Shown here in pieces: positions 40,162 through 47,754 of a DNA stretch of 64,000 bases. Made by a program: the position numbers and the translations under genes. Location: positions 3,040,001-3,104,000 of the forward strand of contig OZ220732.1 of NCBI GenBank assembly GCA_965116905.1, in the 5' to 3' direction. Under the pieces are notes generated by a model, which saw nothing but the letters and a program-made list of their open reading frames with translations, did not search any database and was not told the origin of the DNA. Numbering within the stretch: position 1 is the stretch's first letter; the number at the start of each line of letters is the position of its first letter. Source of the DNA: Longimicrobiales bacterium (GTDB lineage Bacteria; Gemmatimonadota; Gemmatimonadetes; Longimicrobiales; Gaopeijiaceae).

Positions 40162-41892
40162 CTAGTGGCGGAACAGCCTCCGTCCCGTGAACACCATGGC
40201 CATGCCGTGCTCGTCCGCGGCCGCGATCACCTCTTCGTCGCGGACCGAGCCGCCCGGCTGGATGATCGCCCCTGCTCCGGCGTCCGCGGCCGCGTCGACG
40301 CCGTCGCGGAACGGGAAGAACGCATCGGAGGCGAGGACGCAGCCGTCGAGCTCCTCCTCCAGGCCGGCTTCGCGGGCCTTTCGCACGGCCAGTCTGGACG
40401 AATCGACGCGGCTGGTCTGTCCCGCGCCGATCCCCACCGTCGCGCCGTTCCTGGCCAGCAGGATCGCATTCGACTTGACGCTCGCGACCGCCGACCAGGC
40501 GAACGAGAGGTCCGCCTGTTCGAGCGCGGTGGGGCGACGCGCCGTGACGACCCTCCAGCCCGGGTCTTCGCGGCCGTGGGAGGGCGGGTCGGGCAGTGAC
40601 TGGAATAGGACGCCGCCGTACACGGAGCGGAATGAGATCGCACCGTCGTGGCCCGCCGCCCGGGCGAGGAACCGGGACCTGGTGCCCGCGTGCGCATCGG
40701 CCTCGCCGGAACCGCCCGCCCCGTCGGAGCCTCCCACCTCGCCGGAACCGCCCGCCTCGCCATCGGGCAACGCCAGCAAGCGGATGTTCTTCTTGGCCGT
40801 GAGCACCTCCAGCGCCCCGGGGGTGAACCCGGGAGCCACCACGCACTCCACGAACATGGAGCCGATTCCCGCGGCCGTGTCGCGGTCGACAGGCCGGTTG
40901 ACCGCGATCACCGACCCGAAGGCCGATACGGGGTCCGTTCGGCGGGCCCGCGCGAACGCGTCGGCCAGCGTCGAGCTCACCGCCAGCCCGCACGGCGTCG
41001 TGTGCTTGACGATACACACCGCGGGATCGGGTGAGAACGCGAACGGGGCCAGGCTGAGAAGGGCACCGTCCAGGTCGAGTATATTGTTGTAGGAAAGAGC
41101 CTTGCCGTGTATTTGCTCAAGTTTCGCAATACCATGATCGCCGGTCGTGGCCGCGTAGAATGCGGCCCCCTGGTCCGGGTTTTCGCCGTACCGCAGGAGT
41201 TCGCGTCTCTCCAGTTCCAGCGTGACCCGCCCAGCCATCGGTTCTTCCGGTCCCGCGTCCGGATGGCCGCTCTCCTCCAACCCCTCCAAATACCCCGCGA
41301 TCGCCTCGTCGTAGGCCGAAATGTGGCGGAAGACCTTGGCCGCGAGCCTCCGCCGCAACGCGGACACTGCCGCCGGCGGGGCCGGGTCCGGCGCCGTGGA
41401 AGCGTCCGAATCCGTGGGAACCGACGCCAGCACGGCATCGTAGTCGGCGGGATCCACCACGACCCACACATCCCTGTGGTTCTTGGCGGCGGCGCGGATG
41501 AGCGTGGGCCCGCCGATATCGACGTTCTCCATCGCGTCGGCCAGCGTCACCCCCGGCTCCGCGATGGCTCGGCGGAACGGGTACAGGTTGACCGCCACCA
41601 GGTCGATGGTTCGATACCCCTGCTCGCCGAGCGCGGCCATGTCGCCGGGCAGCGCCCGCCTCGCGAGCAGCCCCGCGTGAATCGCCGGGTGCAGCGTCTT
41701 GACCCGGCCGTCCATCATCTCCGGGTGGTCGGTCACCTCCGAGACGTCGGTCACGTCCACGCCCGCTCCGCGGAGCGTCCGCGCGGTGCCACCGGTGGAA
41801 AGCACCTCCCAGCCGCACTCCACCAGCGCCCCCGCAAACGCGGTGATCCCCGTCTTGTCCGACACGCTGAGCAACGCTCTACGCCTGGCCAC
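40162..41892 (-). CDS. purH: Bifunctional AICAR transformylase/IMP cyclohydrolase
   Basis: ALLSVSDKTG, GRVKTLHP, LRYGENPDQ, SYNNILD, ASDAFFPF, FTGRRLFRH. GTG 41892 after GGAGG. Confidence 0.96.
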   Translation of the reverse strand: MARRRALLSVSDKTGITAFAGALVECGWEVLSTGGTARTLRGAGVDVTDVSEVTDHPEMMDGRVKTLHPAIHAGLLARRALPGDMAALGEQGYRTIDLVAVNLYPFRRAIAEPGVTLADAMENVDIGGPTLIRAAAKNHRDVWVVVDPADYDAVLASVPTDSDASTAPDPAPPAAVSALRRRLAAKVFRHISAYDEAIAGYLEGLEESGHPDAGPEEPMAGRVTLELERRELLRYGENPDQGAAFYAATTGDHGIAKLEQIHGKALSYNNILDLDGALLSLAPFAFSPDPAVCIVKHTTPCGLAVSSTLADAFARARRTDPVSAFGSVIAVNRPVDRDTAAGIGSMFVECVVAPGFTPGALEVLTAKKNIRLLALPDGEAGGSGEVGGSDGAGGSGEADAHAGTRSRFLARAAGHDGAISFRSVYGGVLFQSLPDPPSHGREDPGWRVVTARRPTALEQADLSFAWSAVASVKSNAILLARNGATVGIGAGQTSRVDSSRLAVRKAREAGLEEELDGCVLASDAFFPFRDGVDAAADAGAGAIIQPGGSVRDEEVIAAADEHGMAMVFTGRRLFRH

Positions 41893-42646
41893 CGGCACCT
41901 CCAAAGGCTTTCTCGATCGACTTTCTGAGCCCGGCACCGGCACCCTCGCCGCCGAGCGTCCCGCCCCCCGCGCCCGGCCAGGAGAAACGTGGTGCCCGCC
42001 CGGCCTCCAGCCCCCTGGCCAGTGCGTCGGCCGCGGCCGGATACAGGACGTGCTCAACCTCCAGCACCCGCGCCCCGAGACTCGACGCCGTGTCGCCCGG
42101 AAGTACCGGCACCGGCCACTGCGCCAGGATCCGCCCTTCGTCGTAGCGCTCGTTGACGAAGTGAATGGTGGGGCCCGACAGGCTCGCGCCCGACCGCAGA
42201 ACCGCCTCGTGAACGCGGCCCCCGTACATCCCCTTGCCGCCGAAGGACGGCAGCAGCGCGGGGTGGATATTCAGAATCCGCCCCTCGAACTCGCGGCAGA
42301 CGCTCGCGGGGAGGAGCTTCAGAAAGCCGGCCAGGAGAATCGCCCGTGCCTGGTGTTTTTGGAGGAGGGCGAGGACTGCGGCTCCGGCCGGGACCTCGGC
42401 GCTTCCGTCGCCGGCATCGGTACCGTCGCGCCTGCGGGGACCACCGGGATCGCCCTTCCCGGTCCGCTCACCGAAGTCGACCCGGTACACCGCCCTGCCG
42501 CACCTCCGGGCCCGCTGTTCCGCCTCGCACGGGCGGTCCACGATGAGGAGTTCGATCCGGTACGCCGCGCCCCGGGCCTCGTGATCGAGCAGTGCCTGCA
42601 TGTTGGTCCCGGACCCCGAGGCGAGCACCGCGAAGGGAACGCTCAC
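41879..42646 (-). CDS. purN: Phosphoribosylglycinamide formyltransferase
   Basis: VLASGSGTNMQA, LAGFLK, NIHPALLPSFGGKGMYG, GPTIHFV..YDEG. Confidence 0.94.
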   Translation of the reverse strand: MSVPFAVLASGSGTNMQALLDHEARGAAYRIELLIVDRPCEAEQRARRCGRAVYRVDFGERTGKGDPGGPRRRDGTDAGDGSAEVPAGAAVLALLQKHQARAILLAGFLKLLPASVCREFEGRILNIHPALLPSFGGKGMYGGRVHEAVLRSGASLSGPTIHFVNERYDEGRILAQWPVPVLPGDTASSLGARVLEVEHVLYPAAADALARGLEAGRAPRFSWPGAGGGTLGGEGAGAGLRKSIEKAFGGAGGQA

Positions 42647-42683
42647 GGGAACTCGAAGCTGCCTGGCCGCGTCCGGGTGCCGC

Positions 42684-43337
42684 TCATGCGAATTCCCCGC
42701 CGTAGACGGGGACGAGGAAGGGGTTCGTCCGGCGCTCCCGGCCGACCGTGGTGTCGGGTCCGTGTCCCGTGTACAGCCGCGTCTCGTCGGGCAGGGTGAG
42801 CACCTGCGTGTGAATCGAGTCCATGAGCGTGTCGAAGTCGGCCAGGGGCAGGTCCGTGCGGCCGATCGACCCCGCGAAGACGACGTCGCCGACGAGCGCC
42901 ACGGGCTCCGACGTCGAGACGAACATCACGTGGCCGGGGGCGTGGCCGGGCGCGAAGACCACCTCGAACTCCGAGCCCCCGAAGGTGAGGTTCCTGCCGG
43001 GCACGAGATCGATGTCGGGGGGCGGCTGCGGCTCGCACTCGACTCCGAAGAACAGCGCGTGTTGCACGACGTTGTCGTAGATGACGCGGTCGAGGGGGTG
43101 GAGGTGGATGGGAGCTCCCGTCTCCTCCCTGGCCAGGCGGACTCCCTCGATGTGGTCGAAGTGCGCGTGCGTCAGCAGGATGGCCGCGATATCCAGGTCC
43201 CGGGCGCGTGCTTCGGCGAGCGCCTCGGCGGTGGTCGCGCCGGGGTCGATCAGGAGGCCCGTCCGGCCGTCCTCGCAGACCACCAGCAGCGTGTTCTGCA
43301 TAACGGGCCCGCCGGCGAAGGTCAGGACTTCCAACAA
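42684..43337 (-). CDS. MBL-fold metallo-hydrolase (glyoxalase II/YcbL-like)
   Basis: LIDPG, THAHFDH, PGHAPGH, GDVVFAGSIGRTD, GHGPDTTVGRERRTNPF. Confidence 0.92.
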   Translation of the reverse strand: MLEVLTFAGGPVMQNTLLVVCEDGRTGLLIDPGATTAEALAEARARDLDIAAILLTHAHFDHIEGVRLAREETGAPIHLHPLDRVIYDNVVQHALFFGVECEPQPPPDIDLVPGRNLTFGGSEFEVVFAPGHAPGHVMFVSTSEPVALVGDVVFAGSIGRTDLPLADFDTLMDSIHTQVLTLPDETRLYTGHGPDTTVGRERRTNPFLVPVYGGEFA

Positions 43338-43344
43338 CGGCGGG

Positions 43345-43692
43345 CTACACCGTGAACGAACTGCCGCAGCCACATCCGCCCGTGGCCTGCGGGTTCTTGA
43401 ACGTGAACCCGGAACCCATCAGCGACGTGATGTAGTCGATCTCGATCCCCTCGAGGTATTGGGCGCTGAAGGGGTCGACAAAGATCCGGATACCGTCGCG
43501 TATGAGGATCTCGTCGTCTCCGTCGGGGCCGTTGTCGATGTCGACGCCGTACTGAAACCCCGAGCAGCCCCCGGGGAGAACCGCGACGCGGAGTCCGGCT
43601 TCGCCGGTGTCGCCGTGCTCTTTCAGGAACCCCTGCACCATCCTGACCGCATTGGGCGTAAGGGTAAGATCCATCACAATTTCATGCTCCAT
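43345..43692 (-). CDS. HesB/IscA/ErpA family Fe-S cluster insertion protein
   Basis: LRVAVLPGGCSGFQY, IDY, GFTFKNPQATGGCGCGSSF. Alternative start ATG 43674. Confidence 0.94.
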   Translation of the reverse strand: MEHEIVMDLTLTPNAVRMVQGFLKEHGDTGEAGLRVAVLPGGCSGFQYGVDIDNGPDGDDEILIRDGIRIFVDPFSAQYLEGIEIDYITSLMGSGFTFKNPQATGGCGCGSSFTV

Positions 43693-43781
43693 CTTCCTGG
43701 CTGTGCCATCACCGGGGCCGGAGGGCGTGCGCCGCCGCGGGACACCGGTCCCAAGAAGCTACCCAATGGGGCAAGAGGGGG

Positions 43782-44474
43782 TCAACGACCCGCCCCGCGA
43801 TCCGCCCGCCGACCCGTACGGCCGTCACTACGCCGACCCGTCCGTCGACCCGTCCCGCGATTCGCCCGCCGACCCGTACGGCCGGCGCCGGTCCCGGCTT
43901 CCAGGCGCTCCACGAGCGCGGCCGCCGACAGGAGGTCGTCCGTGACTCGAAACTCCGGTCCCACCGCGGCCTGCTCGGCGACTCCATGCCCCGTCAGCAC
44001 GAGAATCCCGGTGCCGTCCAGCGCCTGCGCGGGGAGCACGTCGCTCAGCTTGTCGCCCACGAAATAGGAGCCCGCCGTCGCGAGTCCCAGGTCGCCAGCG
44101 GCGCTCTCGTGCATGACCGTGCTCGGCTTTCGGCACGTCGTTTGGGGATCTCCGCCGGGCGCATCGGGGCAGAAGTAGGTTCCGTCCATGACGATGCCGG
44201 CGGCGAGGAGCTGCCGGTCCACCTCGGCCGCCACGCGATGATAGTCGCCGAGCGTGTAATAGCCGCGCCCGATGCCCGACTGGTTGGTGACCGTCACGAG
44301 CGCGAGCCCCAGCGCCCGCAGGCGGTGAAGCGCCTCGACCGCCCCCGGAAGGAGGGTGACGTCGCCCGGATCGGCCACGTACTGGTGGTCTTCGATGATC
44401 GTGCCGTCGCGGTCCGCAAAGACGGCGCGCCGCTTGCCGGCGAAACCGCTTCCTCCAGGACCGGATCCCGTCAT
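43782..44474 (-). CDS. gmhB: D-glycero-D-manno-heptose 1,7-bisphosphate phosphatase (HAD IIIA, GmhB-like)
   Basis: VFADRDGT, VTNQSGIGRG, CP...CRKP, VGDKLSD, VLTGHG. Repeat-derived C-terminal tail. Confidence 0.85.
   Translation of the reverse strand: MTGSGPGGSGFAGKRRAVFADRDGTIIEDHQYVADPGDVTLLPGAVEALHRLRALGLALVTVTNQSGIGRGYYTLGDYHRVAAEVDRQLLAAGIVMDGTYFCPDAPGGDPQTTCRKPSTVMHESAAGDLGLATAGSYFVGDKLSDVLPAQALDGTGILVLTGHGVAEQAAVGPEFRVTDDLLSAAALVERLEAGTGAGRTGRRANRGTGRRTGRRSDGRTGRRADRGAGR
43787..43884. repeat. Direct repeat of a 38-bp unit (60-bp period) in the gmhB tail
   Basis: gacccgYcccgcgatYcgcccgccgacccgtacggccg at 43787-43824 and 43847-43884. Confidence 0.8.
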
Positions 44475-45883
44475 TCGCCGCCCTGCACGTCCACGTCCAG
44501 TTGCACCAGCGCGTGCGCGATGATGGTGTCGCCGCCGGTCCCGAGTGTGCGAAAGTCGAACAGGATCCGGCCCTGCCGGCTGCGCGCGACGATGGGCGGC
44601 GCGTTCGCGCGGAGCGCCGCCATCCACCGTTCGGTCGCTGCCCCGGCCTCGAGGGTCAGGATTGCGCTCGGCAAGCGCGCGTCCGGGAAGGTTCCCCCGC
44701 CGACCAGCGACCGTCCCCGCACGGCCTCCAACCGCAGGGGTTCGGCCCCCCGCTCCGCGCGCAACCGGGTCACCACCCTCGCCACGCTACGCGCCTTTCG
44801 CTCCAGATCCTCCACACGCGCGGTGATCATCTTGAGCACCGGCACCCGCTCGATCGCCCGGTCCGGATTGCGGTACAGCGTGAGCGTGGCCTCGAGCCCC
44901 GCCAGGGTGACCTTGTCGCAGCGGAGCGCGCGGCACAGCGGGTGCGTCCTGGCCCGCGCGACGCCTTCGCGCTTCCCGGCCAGGATCCCGGCCTGCGGCC
45001 CGCCGAGCAGCTTGTCCCCCGAGAAAGCGACCAGATCCACCCCCGCCGTCACGCTCTCGGCCGGCGTGGGTTCGTACGGCAACCCCAGTCGCTCGCTGTC
45101 GACCATCAACCCCGACCCCAGGTCGTGGATCACGGGAACCCCGCTCTCCGCCCCCAGGCGAACCAGCTCCGTCAGCGCGGTCTCTTCCGTGAAGCCCGAC
45201 ATCGAGAAGTTCGAGCGATGGACCTTGAGGATCGCGCCCACCCCCCCGGCGGCCACCGCACGGGCGTAGTCGTCGAGCCGCGTGCGGTTCGTGGTCCCCA
45301 CGGTCACGAGGCGCGCCCCCGCGGCCTCCACCACCTCCGGGATGCGGAACCCACCCCCGATCTCCACGAGTTCGCCGTGTGACACCGCGACCCCCTTGCC
45401 CGCCGCGTGGGCCGTCAGGGCGACCGCGACCGCACCGGCCCCATTGTTGACGACCAGAGCATCCTCGGCGCCGAGCAGCTCGGTCACGAGGCCGGCACAG
45501 TGGGTGTAGCGCGACCCCCTCTCACCGGTCTCAAGATCGAACTCGACGTTCGCGTACCCGTCCGCCGAGTTCATCGCGCTGCTTGCCTCGGGCGCGAGGG
45601 GAGCGCGGCCCAGGTTCGTGTGCAGGATGACCCCGGTGCCGTTGACCACGCCGCGCAGCGACAGCGTCCCGGCCCTGGCAACCTCCATCTCCACCAGCTC
45701 TTCGTAGTCGTCCACGGAGTCGGGCACGGGGATCCTGCCGGCGCGCACCGCGTCCAGCACGGCCCGGACCCGGTCGGTGATCCATACCCGGCCGCGCGAC
45801 CCGATCAGGAGCTGGCACCACGGTTGCGCGAGGAGCCGGTCGACGCCCGGGATCGAGCGGCGGGGATCTTTCCTGGCGATCAC
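44471..45883 (-). CDS. selA: L-seryl-tRNA(Sec) selenium transferase
   Basis: VVNGTGVILHTNLGRAPL, VVNNGAGA, ELVEIGGGFRIPEV, VGTTNRT, DLGSG, FSGDKLLGGPQAG, RALRCDK. Confidence 0.95.
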   Translation of the reverse strand: MIARKDPRRSIPGVDRLLAQPWCQLLIGSRGRVWITDRVRAVLDAVRAGRIPVPDSVDDYEELVEMEVARAGTLSLRGVVNGTGVILHTNLGRAPLAPEASSAMNSADGYANVEFDLETGERGSRYTHCAGLVTELLGAEDALVVNNGAGAVAVALTAHAAGKGVAVSHGELVEIGGGFRIPEVVEAAGARLVTVGTTNRTRLDDYARAVAAGGVGAILKVHRSNFSMSGFTEETALTELVRLGAESGVPVIHDLGSGLMVDSERLGLPYEPTPAESVTAGVDLVAFSGDKLLGGPQAGILAGKREGVARARTHPLCRALRCDKVTLAGLEATLTLYRNPDRAIERVPVLKMITARVEDLERKARSVARVVTRLRAERGAEPLRLEAVRGRSLVGGGTFPDARLPSAILTLEAGAATERWMAALRANAPPIVARSRQGRILFDFRTLGTGGDTIIAHALVQLDVDVQGGE

Positions 45884-47754
45884 GGTCGCCCCTTGCCCCG
45901 GCGCGGGCGGAGCATCGGCCGCTGCCGAGGGCGGAGAATGGGCACGCGAGCGGACCTCCGGGCCGGTCCGGCCGAGCGGGCCGTGTCGGGCACCGGGACG
46001 GTGTCAGGACCTGCCACGGTATCAGGAACCACCACAGTGTCCGGTACTACCATGGTGTCCGGAACTACCACAGTGTCGGGAACCACCACGGTATCCGGAA
46101 CCACCACGGTATCCGGAACCACCACGGTATCGGGCACCACGTCAGCCGTGTCGGCCGCGGCCGTATCCGCCAGTTCCGTCGTGTCCACAGGCTCCTCCAG
46201 CTCGCCCTGCTCGTCCAGATCCTCCGGCTCCTCGGGGGGGAGTTCGAGGACGACCACGGTGGTCCCCTGCCCCCGTCCCGTCCCGGCGATGTTCATGACC
46301 CGCGATATCGACGCCTCGTACGGCACGCCGGCCCGCAGAGGCTCGAACAGCACGCCCACGAGCGTCTGCTCCGGCAGCGGAAGCCCCGAGAGCGTCACCC
46401 GGCCGGGCTCCGTGTCTTCCGCGTCCGACTCCTCTTCCTCCGCCCCGGCTGCGAGGTCGGCCAGCGCGGCGCGCGCCGCCTCCGCTCCGGCGGTGGTGTC
46501 CGCGGCCACCCGGGCCAGCGAGTCCGCGACCGCCCGCGCCGCGGAGTCCGCCCGCTCGGCCAGCAACCCCTCGTATTCGCGTTCCGTGAGGATCCGGACC
46601 CGCACGGTATCGCCAGGCTGGGGCAGCGGCAGCGTGTCGACGACCTCGGCCACGGCGGCGGAATCACCCGCCTCCACGTCGCCGGGCGCGTCGGCGGGCG
46701 GAACCGTGTCGGCCACCGCGGGCGCGTCGGGTGGCGGAACCGTGTCGGCCACCGCGGGCGCGTCGGGTGGCGGAACCGTGTCGGCCACCTCGGTCGTGTC
46801 GGCGGGCGGGACCGTGTCGGCCACCGCGGTCGTGTCGGGTGGCGGGGTCGTATCCGTCGGCTCGGTCACGTCGAGTGAATCGCCTCCTGCCTCCGCATCC
46901 ACCTCCGTGCTGTCGGTCATGTCCGCCACCACCAAACGCGCCGCGATCAGCGCTCCTGGAATCTCCGGATCGAGGTAGTCGTCGAACTCGAACCGCAGCG
47001 TCAGCGAGTCCTCCACCGTCACGCTTGCAAGTCGTGCCGGAGTCGTGTCGGGCTCGATCAGCGACAGCACCGTGAAGCTCGTGTCCGGGGTCAGGTCCAG
47101 CTGCCCGCCGACAAACCGGGTTTGCGGCTCGGACTCGCCAATCTCACGGTCGCGGTTGCGGTCCATCCACGCCCGCACCTCGTAGGGACCGTCCGGGACG
47201 TAGCGGAGCGAGAAGACCCCGTCCCGGTCGGTGAGGTTCCAGTGGGTGATCGTGTCGGTGTCCACCTGAAAGCGGGCCTCGACGCGCACGTCAGGAACCG
47301 CTTCGCCCGTCACGCGGTCCTCCACCATGCCCGCGAGGACGTTGGGCACGAAGTCGTCGCCCGTCGAGACGACCAGGTCGAAGGGGTCGCGCAACCGGTT
47401 CTGGAACATGTCGTTGATCACCGGCAACACCGTCACGCGATACAGTCTTCCGGCCTCGAATCCCTCCTGCATCTCGACGGTGATCCCGTCCCGGCCGTGA
47501 CGCACCCGCACAAGCCCCGTCGACGGCGATACGACCACGGCGTCGTTCAGGTTGCCGGTCGCGGGGCGCTCGCTGATGCGCTCGCTGAAGCGGAAGTGGA
47601 CCTCGTCGACGCCAGGCTCAACGACCGCAAAGGTATCCGGTGTCGTCTCGATCACGTACGGCGGGAAGAGGTCCTCCGGCCCGCCTGGGGGGGCCTCCGG
47701 CCGCGCACAGGCGGCCGCACCGAGCACGACAAGGCAGACCAACCCCCGCTTCAC
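45880..47754 (-). CDS. Ig-like (Big_5) domain lipoprotein with repetitive Asp/Thr/Pro-rich stalks
   Basis: Lipobox AAAC then ARPEAPPGGPED..PP..IETTPD, FRFSERI, carboxypeptidase-regulatory-like segment. GTG 47754 overlaps the valS stop. Confidence 0.85.
   Translation of the reverse strand: MKRGLVCLVVLGAAACARPEAPPGGPEDLFPPYVIETTPDTFAVVEPGVDEVHFRFSERISERPATGNLNDAVVVSPSTGLVRVRHGRDGITVEMQEGFEAGRLYRVTVLPVINDMFQNRLRDPFDLVVSTGDDFVPNVLAGMVEDRVTGEAVPDVRVEARFQVDTDTITHWNLTDRDGVFSLRYVPDGPYEVRAWMDRNRDREIGESEPQTRFVGGQLDLTPDTSFTVLSLIEPDTTPARLASVTVEDSLTLRFEFDDYLDPEIPGALIAARLVVADMTDSTEVDAEAGGDSLDVTEPTDTTPPPDTTAVADTVPPADTTEVADTVPPPDAPAVADTVPPPDAPAVADTVPPADAPGDVEAGDSAAVAEVVDTLPLPQPGDTVRVRILTEREYEGLLAERADSAARAVADSLARVAADTTAGAEAARAALADLAAGAEEEESDAEDTEPGRVTLSGLPLPEQTLVGVLFEPLRAGVPYEASISRVMNIAGTGRGQGTTVVVLELPPEEPEDLDEQGELEEPVDTTELADTAAADTADVVPDTVVVPDTVVVPDTVVVPDTVVVPDTMVVPDTVVVPDTVAGPDTVPVPDTARSAGPARRSARVPILRPRQRPMLRPRRGKGRP
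45980..46141 (-). repeat. Coding tandem repeat 9 x 18 bp (PDTVVV)
   Basis: PDTVVV x4, PDTMVV, PDTVVV, PDTVAG, PDTVPV, PDTARS, with synonymous codon variation between copies. Confidence 0.92.
46680..46857 (-). repeat. Coding tandem repeat about 5 x 36 bp (ADTVPPPDAPAV)
   Basis: TDTTPPPDTTAV / ADTVPPADTTEV / ADTVPPPDAPAV x2 / ADTVPPADAPGD. Confidence 0.9.

Noticed and set aside
45980..46141. CRISPR or non-coding repeat array
   Set aside because: 18-bp period, in frame within a lipoprotein and showing synonymous variation, so it is a coding repeat
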